Virus record (IMG/VR): IMGVR_UViG_3300011113_000805
Coordinates: 186,001 to 250,000 of that record
Length of the DNA stretch: 64,000 nt
Reading direction: 5' to 3' (one strand)
Shown here: one piece after another, positions 46,402-55,800 of the stretch
Layout of the letters: each line of letters begins with the position of its first letter
Numbering within the stretch: the stretch's first letter is position 1
Notes under the pieces: generated by a model
What the model was told of the DNA's origin: nothing
Databases searched by the model: none
What the model saw: the letters and a program-made list of their open reading frames with translations, nothing else
Made by a program: the position numbers and the translations under genes

Positions 46402-47142
46402 TCATGAACTAATAATTTTCTTCGTGACAAATATCTTGTTCACTCGAATCGTATCTACGCCAATAATTTCCCGTTCATCCTTAAATGGTTCGAAATCTCG
46501 AAGCCAATACAGGGGTGACATGTCAATAAACTTTAAAGGGTTCTCTTCCACATCAGCACACAAAATAACCGCATAACCACTTTCACCTTGCGCCAAATTT
46601 AGTTTGTCTAAGTTTCGAATGGCAAATTTCTCAGCTATCTGCTTGCTTTTTGACCATGAGGACGAATATCTGGCTTCTGTATTTGTAATGTCAATATTGA
46701 CATCAATTTCTATTTCTTTGTGAGGTGGCATGTTAAGTATTTGAGATGACTCTACATCAGCCGGCATCCATTTCATCAATGAATTGCTGCTCACGGCTAT
46801 ACCTCGATGTGCTATGACAAATATTGAAGGTTCCGCAAAAATATCAGAATAGAGCCCATTACGAATGAACTCCATAATTTGATTAGCGTATTGATAAGGA
46901 AGTGCATGTTTTCCAACTTCTGTGTGCAATTGCAATGCCCCCAATAGCTTCAATTCTGCGGCATTGTTTCTTTCCCATGGTGGTTTAGGTCTTTGCAGTC
47001 TTTGGTGTAATCCACTGGGCAGATGTGTACCAGCAAATGCATATTTCCCAAGAGGTGCATCAGCAGATTCCTCAGGATCATAAGGCGTAGCAGATTCAGC
47101 CAAAAGGATTTGATGCACAAGAGAACGGAGGTACGTCTTCAT
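46402..47142 (-). CDS. Leader-bearing R-S-E ADP-ribosyltransferase
   Basis: AHRG, SSWS...A.KF, EREII; leader MKTYLRSLVHQILLAES. Confidence 0.75.
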   Translation of the reverse strand: MKTYLRSLVHQILLAESATPYDPEESADAPLGKYAFAGTHLPSGLHQRLQRPKPPWERNNAAELKLLGALQLHTEVGKHALPYQYANQIMEFIRNGLYSDIFAEPSIFVIAHRGIAVSSNSLMKWMPADVESSQILNMPPHKEIEIDVNIDITNTEARYSSSWSKSKQIAEKFAIRNLDKLNLAQGESGYAVILCADVEENPLKFIDMSPLYWLRDFEPFKDEREIIGVDTIRVNKIFVTKKIISS

Positions 47143-47847
47143 TTAGACGACCCTTCTTACCGTAACAGCACTTGCTCGAATAGGTCCCAGACCGATCACT
47201 TCACTCTCAGATCGAAATTCTTCTTCAAAGTCAGCATCGAAATTGAGAATATAAAGTGGTTCTGCATCAATAAATCTGCCAGGGTTATCTACCGATTGCG
47301 CCTCAAAAACGACTGAATACATAGGGCCCCATCGGGATTTATGCTTCTCGGAAAACACGGATGCATCAATGGATGAGAATCTATCAGTCACACTTCTTAT
47401 CTGCGACCAAGACGATGCAAACCTATCCTTAAGCGGGGCAATGAGATAATTGCCGGTTCCTTTCCATGTCTCACCAACATCTAATGATGGCAGGTCAGGA
47501 ACCATGCTCAATAGTTCGGGTGTGATTAGGCGCATTCCACGATAACAAGTTCCTTCAAAAGGATGAAAGACATCTTTGTAGATGCCTTTCTTAACAAAGT
47601 CAACGATTGCTTCACCATAAGCTTTCGTAAGAGGTCTCATTCCAAAAAAATGATCACGAATTGCACGTAAAAATGCACTTTCCTTAGGATTGTTTTTCTC
47701 TAAAGGAGGTGGTTTCTGAATGCCTTGTCTCTGGGGTGAGAATGCATATTTGTCAAGAAGGGATCCCGCAGGAGCAGCTTCAATGTCACTCTCTAGAGAC
47801 TCACATAAGATCTCCTTTATCAAAAGCCTTAAATCTCTTTCATTCAT
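47143..47847 (-). CDS. Leader-bearing R-S-E ADP-ribosyltransferase
   Basis: CYRG, SSWS, ESEVI. Confidence 0.75.
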   Translation of the reverse strand: MNERDLRLLIKEILCESLESDIEAAPAGSLLDKYAFSPQRQGIQKPPPLEKNNPKESAFLRAIRDHFFGMRPLTKAYGEAIVDFVKKGIYKDVFHPFEGTCYRGMRLITPELLSMVPDLPSLDVGETWKGTGNYLIAPLKDRFASSWSQIRSVTDRFSSIDASVFSEKHKSRWGPMYSVVFEAQSVDNPGRFIDAEPLYILNFDADFEEEFRSESEVIGLGPIRASAVTVRRVV

Positions 47848-48089
47848 TATTGAACTATGCATATGCAACAACCCTTAGGCTTTACTATTTAGGTGGTGGC
47901 ATGCAAAGCATTTAAAGATTGTGCCGAATGTAAATTATCCGGAAATTCTACTACAAATGGCACATGAGTATTCGGTGGAACCAATCACAGGAATGATAGC
48001 ATTCCACCCGCACTTATCACAATATTCCAAAGAACGCTGTTGCAAAAGAAGGTACTGCTTAAGCAATTGCTTGTACTTTTTCTTCCACT

Positions 48090-48548
48090 TCATTCAAGAT
48101 CACCATCATTTGAGGTATATGTTTCCATGCTCCATGGACCATTCCAATCTGGACCCATTTCAAAAATGGAATTAAATCGTGCCTTTTCGTCAAGAAATGA
48201 TGGAGACTTGTACTTGTCGTTCATAGTATTGCACCACCACAAGTCGATATCATAGAAACAATATCCATCGGCGGTATTAATGATCGGCAAAGACAAGTAC
48301 CTTCCAATAAAACGACCTTTTCTACCAGAATTAATGTTTGTCCATCGGTGCTTGAATGAGGAAATTGTGGTCCACGTATCACGATAAACATTGTAGAATG
48401 GATCACCAATATTCAACATTCGAATATGCTTCATAAGCATATCATATGTCCTGTTGCTATAGGTGCATCCATCAACATGATGGAATTTTACATACTTGTT
48501 AAGTTTATGAAGAGGTTGATCAGACCACCAAGCTTTACTAGTAGGCAT
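48090..48548 (-). CDS. Hypothetical protein
   Basis: 152-aa ORF on the coding strand. Confidence 0.55.
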   Translation of the reverse strand: MPTSKAWWSDQPLHKLNKYVKFHHVDGCTYSNRTYDMLMKHIRMLNIGDPFYNVYRDTWTTISSFKHRWTNINSGRKGRFIGRYLSLPIINTADGYCFYDIDLWWCNTMNDKYKSPSFLDEKARFNSIFEMGPDWNGPWSMETYTSNDGDLE

Positions 48549-48597
48549 TTATTCGTCCTGCCATATGTTCGTGGTTTCTCCTTAATTGTGCGAGTTC

Positions 48598-48867
48598 CTA
48601 AATGTTCTTTAGCAATTTCCTTGCTTCAGCGGAAGTTTGAAAACTTCCAACTGGTGTATCGACATATCCATAAACTGCCAGGATTTCCCCTCGCTTAGCG
48701 TAATGTGTAAGAGTCTTATTCTTTACACGATAAATAACACCATCTATCGAGTAGATCCCATCAGCTTTGGTTTTTGCCTTTTCGGCAAGTTTATCACGAA
48801 TTTTATCTTCCTTAAGAAGATTCTCAACTTCTTCCTTAACTAAAGTTCTTAGTACAGATTCATTCAT
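48598..48867 (-). CDS. Leader-bearing small basic protein
   Basis: MNESVLRTLVKEEVENLLKED; GAGG RBS. Confidence 0.65.
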   Translation of the reverse strand: MNESVLRTLVKEEVENLLKEDKIRDKLAEKAKTKADGIYSIDGVIYRVKNKTLTHYAKRGEILAVYGYVDTPVGSFQTSAEARKLLKNI

Positions 48868-49068
48868 GTGCTTACCTCTCTCTGCATTATACTTATCATC
48901 ATCAGGATTTATAAGGGGCGAAGCTCGTGAAGTGGAATGTATAGGATCTTCCCGTCGACGAGAGTCGGGAATCGTGTGGTCGACCATGATGGGATGGGTC
49001 CCACGATCATGCCGATCTGTGGTGGTCCGGAAGAGTAGTATCCGCCGTGATCGATGATCTCGGCGAGG

Positions 49069-49278
49069 TCACCGGGCTTCACTGATCACCTCCAACCGGT
49101 CCTCAGGCATGCGCCAGTGGGGACTCCCATTGACCATCAACCAGAAGTACCTCACATTTAGGTCGTTGAAGTCGTACGGTTCACGCGCCTCTCTGAGGAT
49201 CAGGCCCACAAGTCCATCATAGCGATCGGGCTCATCATCCTCATCGGGAATCAGGCGGACGAGATCACCCGGCTTCAT
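49069..49278 (-). CDS. Small SH3/KOW-like protein
   Basis: MKPGDLV...LEVISE. Confidence 0.65.
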   Translation of the reverse strand: MKPGDLVRLIPDEDDEPDRYDGLVGLILREAREPYDFNDLNVRYFWLMVNGSPHWRMPEDRLEVISEAR

Positions 49279-49549
49279 CGATCACCTCCACATTAGCCTC
49301 GTCCACCCAGACCCAGCGAGGTAAACCGTCGATCAGGAGGAGGGCAGCGTCCACGGACGGCTCGTTGGCGGCGGGAAGGGCGGAGGCGGTGGCTCGTAGA
49401 CGGGCACTGGGGAAGTCGGCGGCGGAGTCCAAGATGAGGCAGATCCGACCTGGGCTCTTGTCCCAGCCTCTGCCATCATACCAGAAGAGCTGGGATTTGA
49501 TTTGAAGCAGGCCGCCCTTGTGGGCTTGAAGGGTCTCAAGAAGGGTCAT
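49265..49549 (-). CDS. SH3-like protein, W..RGWD subfamily
   Basis: LFWYDGRGWD...RICLILD...LLIDG.PRW. Confidence 0.7.
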   Translation of the reverse strand: MTLLETLQAHKGGLLQIKSQLFWYDGRGWDKSPGRICLILDSAADFPSARLRATASALPAANEPSVDAALLLIDGLPRWVWVDEANVEVIDEAG

Positions 49550-49940
49550 GTCCCATCCCTGCGAGGCACCCCTTCAACCAAGAAAGCCATTCCGTTTCGC
49601 ACCCGATGTGATCCGCTGGATTGATGATCGATGGGAATCCGGCCGACTGAAGGGTGGCCAGCATCTCCTCACGGACACCCTCGAGGCCTGTGGTGGAGGT
49701 GATGATGACAGGAGTCCCGGAATACCACTCTTCAGCGACCCAGCGTGCCCACATCCTTCCGTCCTGATGAGGCATATCGTGATCGAGAAGGATCCCATCG
49801 AACTGTGTGCGGCCTTCGAGGATGAATGTTTCAGCAAACTCCGGGTCGCAGGTGATGATCCACCGGTGCTTCTCCCGGTCCAGCATTTGGGTGAACTCGT
49901 CATAGCGGGATGGACAATCATCGATGATAAGAAAACGCAT
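49536..49940 (-). CDS. Stand-alone receiver-domain protein (LDHD type, cyclic-phosphate-processing-like)
   Basis: FLIIDD...R, LLDHDM, DG. Confidence 0.65.
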   Translation of the reverse strand: MRFLIIDDCPSRYDEFTQMLDREKHRWIITCDPEFAETFILEGRTQFDGILLDHDMPHQDGRMWARWVAEEWYSGTPVIITSTTGLEGVREEMLATLQSAGFPSIINPADHIGCETEWLSWLKGCLAGMGHDPS

Positions 49941-49992
49941 GTTAGGTCCTTTGTGTTTTACTATACCACATGGGCGGATGGGTTGCATAGGT

Positions 49993-50205
49993 TCACGAGA
50001 TCACCTCCGAGAAATCCTCGAGCTCTGCGTCGGTTCGCTCATCAATCAACCCATCCCGAAGGATCGACCAGAGGCGAACATGTGATCCTCCATGAAGTCC
50101 CAACTGGATCGGCGTGACCATCCTGTGATCGAGGATGAGAAACACCTTTCCGTCCAACGATGAAAGACGCTTGTTCCATCGGCGAAGCTGGCCCTTCTCG
50201 ATCAC
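49993..50205 (-). CDS. Small SH3-like protein
   Basis: IEKGQL..W...W.IL.DG...SEVIS. Confidence 0.55.
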   Translation of the reverse strand: MIEKGQLRRWNKRLSSLDGKVFLILDHRMVTPIQLGLHGGSHVRLWSILRDGLIDERTDAELEDFSEVIS

Positions 50206-50218
50206 TTTCCCTCCATCA

Positions 50219-50402
50219 TTACACACAACTTGGGCAGTAATGCCACTCGAGCTAATCAGCTCCGTGTTCGCAGTGCGTTCCTTTCTTTATCCATCCCGAC
50301 TGGGAGATCTAGGGGTGGTTTGATGCGGGCATCGCAAGAGTTGCATTGGATCTCGACCAAGATTCGCTTTTTGTTGTCTTCACGAACCGCATAGATTTTC
50401 AC
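50219..50402 (-). pseudogene. Disrupted Zn-ribbon gene
   Basis: CNSC...GW...HYCPSC is recoverable only across a frameshift and two in-frame TAG codons. Confidence 0.45.
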
Positions 50403-50659
50403 TTTCCCTCCATCTCAGCCTTCCGCTCCAGGATCCTCTCCCGCTTCTTCTTGAGTGACCGGATGTTGGAGCGGCACTCCTTCACATTGAGGAGGGCGCA
50501 CCTCAGTCGGGATTCCTCCTCCCTCAAGTCGGCCTCGCAGACCTTCAGCATCGTGTTGATCTGCCAGGCATCGAGCGGGACCTTCCTCGAGGGAATTGTG
50601 GAATCGGAGGCTTGTTCCTAACGCCAGTTCTCGATGGTCTCCTGGTCAAAGTTGGGCAT
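50399..50659 (-). pseudogene. Coiled-coil gene with an in-frame TAG at codon 14
   Basis: GGAGG RBS and TAATG coupling; the frame stays open for 72 codons after the TAG. Confidence 0.5.
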
Positions 50660-50973
50660 TACTCCTCCAACCCGAGTACCCGCATTGCCCGGCGCTTTCC
50701 ACGAAGCCAGAACTCATTCGTCTCCTCCCAGTCGCCGCCCTCGTTGGTGTCATCGTTCTCGACGTACCAGCGGAGGCACTCATTGATCTTCTTGAGCTCC
50801 TTGTCCCGCTCGTTCAGGAGGACATTGAGTCGACCGATCTCGGCGTAAAGTGAGGCCCATGCGGATTGTTCGGGCATCGGGATCGAATCGGGCAGGGGAT
50901 TGATGCCCCAGTAAGTGTGATTCGGGCAGCTGACATTGTTTCCGGCGATTCCGCAACTGGGACAGGTGGTCAT
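50659..50973 (-). CDS. Hypothetical protein
   Basis: AAGGAG RBS, CPSC...C..H. Confidence 0.6.
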   Translation of the reverse strand: MTTCPSCGIAGNNVSCPNHTYWGINPLPDSIPMPEQSAWASLYAEIGRLNVLLNERDKELKKINECLRWYVENDDTNEGGDWEETNEFWLRGKRRAMRVLGLEE

Positions 50974-50982
50974 GGGTTCTCC

Positions 50983-51225
50983 TTAGTATCCAAAGATTCC
51001 AAAGATCAGATTCAATTGGCCAATCGAGCAGTCCTTATCGTGACCCTGATTGGTGTACCCCGAACAGCAGAAGTATGGATCGTAGATTCGACCGTAACCC
51101 CCATCACGATTGTACTCGATGAAGGAAGGCATGTCACCAACGAGGACCTCGATCCTCTTAAGGAGTTCACGACACTGGGAATCGGTGAGGTCATCAATCT
51201 TCACGTTGTAGAACTCGGTGGTCAT
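50983..51225 (-). CDS. Hypothetical protein
   Basis: ATGA coupling, CC...GH..DC. Confidence 0.55.
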   Translation of the reverse strand: MTTEFYNVKIDDLTDSQCRELLKRIEVLVGDMPSFIEYNRDGGYGRIYDPYFCCSGYTNQGHDKDCSIGQLNLIFGIFGY

Positions 51226-51482
51226 TCTTCCTCCTTTCCGTTGTCCAGGATTTCCAGGTCCTTCTCCCATCCCCAGAACGTGAAGTGCTCAAGCTCACCA
51301 GGTTCGAGGTAGTACTTTTCTACAGTGAGAAGCTCAATCTCGATCGATCCATGATTTTCCGGTGAAAGTGGACCGTCATCCTCCCAGAGGCTGATGTCTC
51401 GAACGATGCCGGTCCAGCGGTCTCCCCTCTTGTAGAAGTAAGAACCCTTCTTCGGGGCGACAGTGTCTCCGACCTTGATCAT
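51222..51482 (-). CDS. Small SH3/KOW-like protein
   Basis: IKVGDTV...LEIL. Confidence 0.65.
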   Translation of the reverse strand: MIKVGDTVAPKKGSYFYKRGDRWTGIVRDISLWEDDGPLSPENHGSIEIELLTVEKYYLEPGELEHFTFWGWEKDLEILDNGKEEE

Positions 51483-51685
51483 TCCTCCTCCTTTACGACC
51501 TTGATCTCATTCTTGGGAACATTCAGGACCAGGCGCATGTACTTCTGTGCATCCTCGAGGTCGTAGAACATGGCGCGGGCGGTCGGTCCGTCCTCATCCT
51601 CGGTGATGATCCAGTAGACATCGGAGTCATCGCAGTTGTACACATCGACCGGGGCGCACTCGATGTAGGGATTCGTCATCCTCAC
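51479..51685 (-). CDS. Hypothetical protein
   Basis: Coupled ORF. Confidence 0.55.
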   Translation of the reverse strand: MRMTNPYIECAPVDVYNCDDSDVYWIITEDEDGPTARAMFYDLEDAQKYMRLVLNVPKNEIKVVKEEE

Positions 51686-51879
51686 TCCAATTTCAGGGAG
51701 GCGTTAGGAAGGTGATGGACAAGGGTGTCCTTGGGGAAATGATGTAGGTTGCCGGACTGGAGGTTCACGGCGGTGTCCTCGGCATCGACCTTCATGAATG
51801 GGCCACCAAAGTTGAACACCTCACCAACCTCCAGGTCCACGAAACGGGTCTCACCGGTTTCCTTGCGATTGATCTTCAT
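51682..51879 (-). CDS. Small hypothetical protein (paralogue of 35259)
   Basis: F.DL.VGEVF...FMK...AVNL.SG. Confidence 0.6.
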   Translation of the reverse strand: MKINRKETGETRFVDLEVGEVFNFGGPFMKVDAEDTAVNLQSGNLHHFPKDTLVHHLPNASLKLE

Positions 51880-52127
51880 TCATTCTCCTTTGTGTTATCA
51901 TACCCACCGTCATCGGGATTTACAACCTGCAGGTTCTCCTTCGCCCAGGGCTGGAGTTCCCCGTCGATCAGGACCCACCAGTCGCACCAGGAGTTGATGG
52001 GATGGCCATCCTCAAGGGAAACAGGTTCCATGATAATGCCATAGAGGCCTAGAATGCCTGCGTCGATCTCATAGCCTTCCTTAGCATTTACCGTGACAAC
52101 AAGATCACCTGGTTTCATCAAAGACAT
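51876..52127 (-). CDS. Small SH3/KOW-like protein
   Basis: MKPGDLV...WWVLIDG...LQVV. Confidence 0.65.
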   Translation of the reverse strand: MSLMKPGDLVVTVNAKEGYEIDAGILGLYGIIMEPVSLEDGHPINSWCDWWVLIDGELQPWAKENLQVVNPDDGGYDNTKENE

Positions 52128-52323
52128 TGATCACATCAATTAAGGTTATTGGAAAATAGGGATGACTTAAGACATAATTCGGAAACTTGATTTTGATATC
52201 AAAGAATTCTATTGTGCCGCCGCGCTGATTACAAGAGATAACAATTCCAAATTGACCTTGAACATCATATGCTCTATCTGGACCGGGTACAAGACGAACA
52301 AGATCTCCAACATTTACCTTCAT
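52105..52323 (-). CDS. Small SH3/KOW-like protein
   Basis: VNVGDLV. Confidence 0.6.
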   Translation of the reverse strand: MKVNVGDLVRLVPGPDRAYDVQGQFGIVISCNQRGGTIEFFDIKIKFPNYVLSHPYFPITLIDVINVFDETR

Positions 52324-52335
52324 AGGGTTTCACCT

Positions 52336-52602
52336 TTAGCAAGGAGAGTAATAATCAGATACCGGTTTTCCTTGAACATCTAACAACCAATCTGTTGGTG
52401 TCCACATGAGTTTGTCATGCATAAAAATTTGGGACCATTTGACCATTTGAAGACCGGATCCAGTAAAATATCGCTGTACTTCAATGACCAGCATGGATTC
52501 TTGAGCATTACATGAATGCATCATTATTGAACCATCTTCAATGTCCAATTCATCATAGAGTGGTGTGCCCTTAACTAGAGTTACTAGGTCACATAGCTCC
52601 AT
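52336..52602 (-). CDS. Small SH3-like protein
   Basis: DLVTL...W...WL. Confidence 0.5.
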   Translation of the reverse strand: MELCDLVTLVKGTPLYDELDIEDGSIMMHSCNAQESMLVIEVQRYFTGSGLQMVKWSQIFMHDKLMWTPTDWLLDVQGKPVSDYYSPC

Positions 52603-52888
52603 CAATAATCTCCAAATGACGGTCATAAATGTCATATGACACACCATTAAACATTACAGTTGATCCCATTACATCTATGCCTGGCGATATAAATGACTTC
52701 CAGCCACCGATAACGATTCCAATGGTATCTCGTTCTGGACTATCTGTTAGTAGTCGAAACTTATGCGGTCTATACCAGAATTTGTAATCCTCATTGGGGG
52801 CTGGCCTGAACCTAACAAGAGTCCCAACGGGAAGATGGCCTTTGATGAACCTATAGAGCCAATAATAGATTTCATGAAAAATTTTCAT
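52589..52888 (-). CDS. Small SH3/KOW-like protein
   Basis: PVGTLV...GIVI...LEII. Confidence 0.6.
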   Translation of the reverse strand: MKIFHEIYYWLYRFIKGHLPVGTLVRFRPAPNEDYKFWYRPHKFRLLTDSPERDTIGIVIGGWKSFISPGIDVMGSTVMFNGVSYDIYDRHLEIIDGAM

Positions 52889-53126
52889 TGATAGTCGCTA
52901 AGTATTCCTCATCAACCCAGCCAATTTGCCCATTATGCAGGACTTGCACCATTTCATTGACCGCGTCCCACCCTTTAAGTAGAATACCAATCTCGCCGCG
53001 CTCCCAGCTCTTCTTTTGCTTAGCATACAATCCTGTCGGGATTCGATCATAAATGTAGACAGAAGTGATAGGAACCCTATAGGTGATGTTCCACTTGCGG
53101 ATTGTAACAAGATCGCCGGGTTTCAT
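52872..53126 (-). CDS. Small SH3/KOW-like protein
   Basis: MKPGDLV...GWV...L. Confidence 0.65.
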   Translation of the reverse strand: MKPGDLVTIRKWNITYRVPITSVYIYDRIPTGLYAKQKKSWERGEIGILLKGWDAVNEMVQVLHNGQIGWVDEEYLATINENFS

Positions 53127-53214
53127 GTGATTGCCTTCGAATCTTTGCAAAAAGGCATAGACAAAATTCAATTTTCATTGGCACGCTATGAAAGCGTAAG
53201 GCTCCATTCACATT

Positions 53215-53481
53215 TTATGCAATCACTTCGAAATTTTCATAAACTAATAGCACACCTAAACAACCATTAACACTAAGCCTTCCATGTCTTGTTAACTCAG
53301 GCTTGGCTGGGAAATAGAAAAATCCACGACCTGTGATACGCATACCATTGGGCATCACAATTCCATCCGGATAATCATGATGATCCCAATCAATATCCAT
53401 AAGAATTGCGAAATCATCTTTGACTATTCCCATATGTTCTAAATCATCAACAATAACTCTGACAAGATCGCCGGGTTTCAT
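53215..53481 (-). CDS. Small SH3/KOW-like protein
   Basis: MKPGDLV...FEVI. Confidence 0.65.
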   Translation of the reverse strand: MKPGDLVRVIVDDLEHMGIVKDDFAILMDIDWDHHDYPDGIVMPNGMRITGRGFFYFPAKPELTRHGRLSVNGCLGVLLVYENFEVIA

Positions 53482-53699
53482 AGTGGTTCATGCTCGTCAC
53501 TGTATACCCAATGAATAGCACCATTCACAAGAATTTGAGACCGGTCTCTCTTCGTAAATCCGCCAGATATTGAGCCCATGAAAACTGCGACAGTTCCGAT
53601 TGGAACCCAATTCTTGTGAAAGGAAGGTTCGAATTGACCCAATAAAACCTTGTCTTGGTTTTTGTAGGATACTAATTTGATAAGATCACCAGGTTTCAT
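53478..53699 (-). CDS. Small SH3/KOW-like protein
   Basis: MKPGDLI...ILVNG..HWV. Confidence 0.65.
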   Translation of the reverse strand: MKPGDLIKLVSYKNQDKVLLGQFEPSFHKNWVPIGTVAVFMGSISGGFTKRDRSQILVNGAIHWVYSDEHEPL

Positions 53700-53940
53700 G
53701 AAACCACTCTAGAGCTGATGGGCTGATATCAAAAATTTCTCCGTTAATAACACAAGAAATAAGACCAAGTTCGGAATTAAACATATCACTTGAACGGCCT
53801 AATACAAGACAGATTGTTCCTGATTTTGTGCCTCGCACACCTAATGGATAACGAAGTGTAACCAGGTCACCAGCTCTTACAGGCTGTGTGCAACCATATT
53901 GGGATTCAGTGGTCCAAAAGATAATCGGCGCATCGCTCAT
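53686..53940 (-). CDS. Small SH3/KOW-like protein
   Basis: RAGDLV...VING...LE. Confidence 0.6.
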   Translation of the reverse strand: MSDAPIIFWTTESQYGCTQPVRAGDLVTLRYPLGVRGTKSGTICLVLGRSSDMFNSELGLISCVINGEIFDISPSALEWFHETW

Positions 53941-54212
53941 GTGATCACCTTAACACGACAATCAAATTTCCTAACTTTCCACCTGGGAATGCAATCAATC
54001 AAATTATTGTCAACTAGAACTGTGTAATAACGTCTTAACGACGAACCAGTGATTTTGATTATAAGTCCTGGAAACCAATCTTGTTCTTCTGTAACCCAAA
54101 CCCAGCAAATATCACCAGGGCTGATGTCTGTTTCATGATTGATTACATTCAAACTAAATGTGCTCGAGATGGTATTCAGATACCCAGATAATCTCACCTG
54201 TAGTAAAATCAA
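53937..54212 (-). CDS. Small SH3/Tudor-like protein
   Basis: PGDICWV...WFPGLI...YTVLVD; start uncertain. Confidence 0.55.
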   Translation of the reverse strand: MILLQVRLSGYLNTISSTFSLNVINHETDISPGDICWVWVTEEQDWFPGLIIKITGSSLRRYYTVLVDNNLIDCIPRWKVRKFDCRVKVIT

Positions 54213-54504
54213 AAATCTCTACAGCGGATGATGTGGAAAAACCATGAGGAGCACGAATTCGACCCTTCATAACACAATAGACACGGTCGCGGAACACTTC
54301 AACTGATTTTGTCCTGGGAGGTAGATGAGTCTCACCGGCATCATCATGTGGAAGGATTTTGCCTGTCAGAATGTCTTTGCGTAGTTTCTCGCGCCAATAT
54401 TCAATCTCACTATCGGTAAGGGCTTTCCAACCAATAAATCCCGAATGAAAGTTTGGGATGGGCCTAACAAGATCATTCTTATGAAATTTGAACCGTTTCC
54501 CCAT
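54154..54504 (-). CDS. SH3-like protein
   Basis: FHKNDLV...WV...LEHI. Confidence 0.6.
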   Translation of the reverse strand: MGKRFKFHKNDLVRPIPNFHSGFIGWKALTDSEIEYWREKLRKDILTGKILPHDDAGETHLPPRTKSVEVFRDRVYCVMKGRIRAPHGFSTSSAVEIFDFTTGEIIWVSEYHLEHI

Positions 54505-54540
54505 TGTATAAATCCTCAGGAGTTAATTCATATAGCGAAA

Positions 54541-54816
54541 CTATAGTTCTTCAAGATTTTCAATCTTTGCAAGGAAGATCTTCCCATTGCAAATGACAGC
54601 AATTGGATCACTGCGTTCCCTTGACTTCCATGGAATGATCATGCAAATGTCATTTTCCCTTGGAAATGTTGCTGAGTCGATTGATTGCTGAATCTGCTCA
54701 ATAAGAGTTCCGGAATAGAAGTACTTGACGAGTGTTCCAGGCGGATATGTTCCATACACAAGAAGGTATGCATGCCTCTGCACTTGGACAACAAGTCTAT
54801 GAAAGAATTCTTTCAT
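54541..54816 (-). CDS. Small SH3-like protein
   Basis: PPGTLV...VICNG...LEEL; follows a class B promoter. Confidence 0.6.
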   Translation of the reverse strand: MKEFFHRLVVQVQRHAYLLVYGTYPPGTLVKYFYSGTLIEQIQQSIDSATFPRENDICMIIPWKSRERSDPIAVICNGKIFLAKIENLEEL

Positions 54817-54874
54817 AACTGCCTCCTAAATAATATAATCACCTCAGAACAGGTTGAACACTATTTTGAAGCAA

Positions 54875-55144
54875 TTAAGATACCACCCTCAGCATATCGG
54901 ATGTCAGGTAGTGTTTTCCTAAGATATGGGTTTCGCGATAATAATGCAACAATGTGAATATGGCAACAAGATCATTCTTTTCATTGCAATATTGGTCTGG
55001 AGCTTGCTTGACATTCAACACCATGGAAAGGCAACTTCCAGAGGAAACAAACTTTCCTCCAATACTGATGCTGACCAATACCTCGCAAATTTGTCCCAAG
55101 AATTGTTCCCTGATTTCTTCAAATTTAAGCATGGTAATTACCAT
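54875..55144 (-). CDS. Hypothetical protein
   Basis: ORF on the coding strand. Confidence 0.45.
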   Translation of the reverse strand: MVITMLKFEEIREQFLGQICEVLVSISIGGKFVSSGSCLSMVLNVKQAPDQYCNEKNDLVAIFTLLHYYRETHILGKHYLTSDMLRVVS

Positions 55145-55204
55145 TTATACGCAAATGAAGTATCATCTAGATCATTCTGGTGTTCTGGCAGACTACACGG
55201 TGCC

Positions 55205-55525
55205 TTAGTCTAGGTCATCACTGTCAGATGTAGGAGTTGGATTTCGATTGGGACCTGACTTTACCTTTTGAATGCATTTTGCTGGTAGAAAATACCACTC
55301 GAGACCGTTCTTGCCAACAACATGAACCCAAAACCATGGTTGATTTGGGAATTTCGCGGCTGAAATTGGAAAGCTATCAGGCATTCTGGCTTCATGAGGT
55401 GGCATGGCTCCTTGAGCCTTAACGTCAATCAATATAACATGGCCTAACGTTGGGATCTTGACAAGCTCACCGATAAAATTAAGAAGCCGCTTTCTTGCAG
55501 CATCCCTCTCATTTTGAGTAGGCAT
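55205..55525 (-). CDS. SH3-like hypothetical protein
   Basis: IGELV...VILID...WVHV...W. Confidence 0.55.
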   Translation of the reverse strand: MPTQNERDAARKRLLNFIGELVKIPTLGHVILIDVKAQGAMPPHEARMPDSFPISAAKFPNQPWFWVHVVGKNGLEWYFLPAKCIQKVKSGPNRNPTPTSDSDDLD

Positions 55526-55530
55526 AGCGC

Positions 55531-55800
55531 TTACCTGGGCATACTTCGAAGTTTTCCCATCGATGGCGGCTTCAGTGCAAAACTTTCCAAGTTTTCATTT
55601 GTGAGATACGGAAGATAAGCCTTTAGCATCATGTTGAAGCTTGATTCCGGAACTTGTCTATGTGAGAGACTATTGCTCTGTTGGTAAGATGCCAAGGCCT
55701 GATTAATCGTGTAAAGTCCATTCCCTTGCAACACCATTTTGTAAATGATGAGACGCTCGGCAGGAGACCAATTTCTTCCACGAGGTAGGCGTTTACTCAT
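55531..55800 (-). CDS. Possible helix-turn-helix DNA-binding protein
   Basis: RNWSPAER N-terminal motif. Confidence 0.5.
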   Translation of the reverse strand: MSKRLPRGRNWSPAERLIIYKMVLQGNGLYTINQALASYQQSNSLSHRQVPESSFNMMLKAYLPYLTNENLESFALKPPSMGKLRSMPR

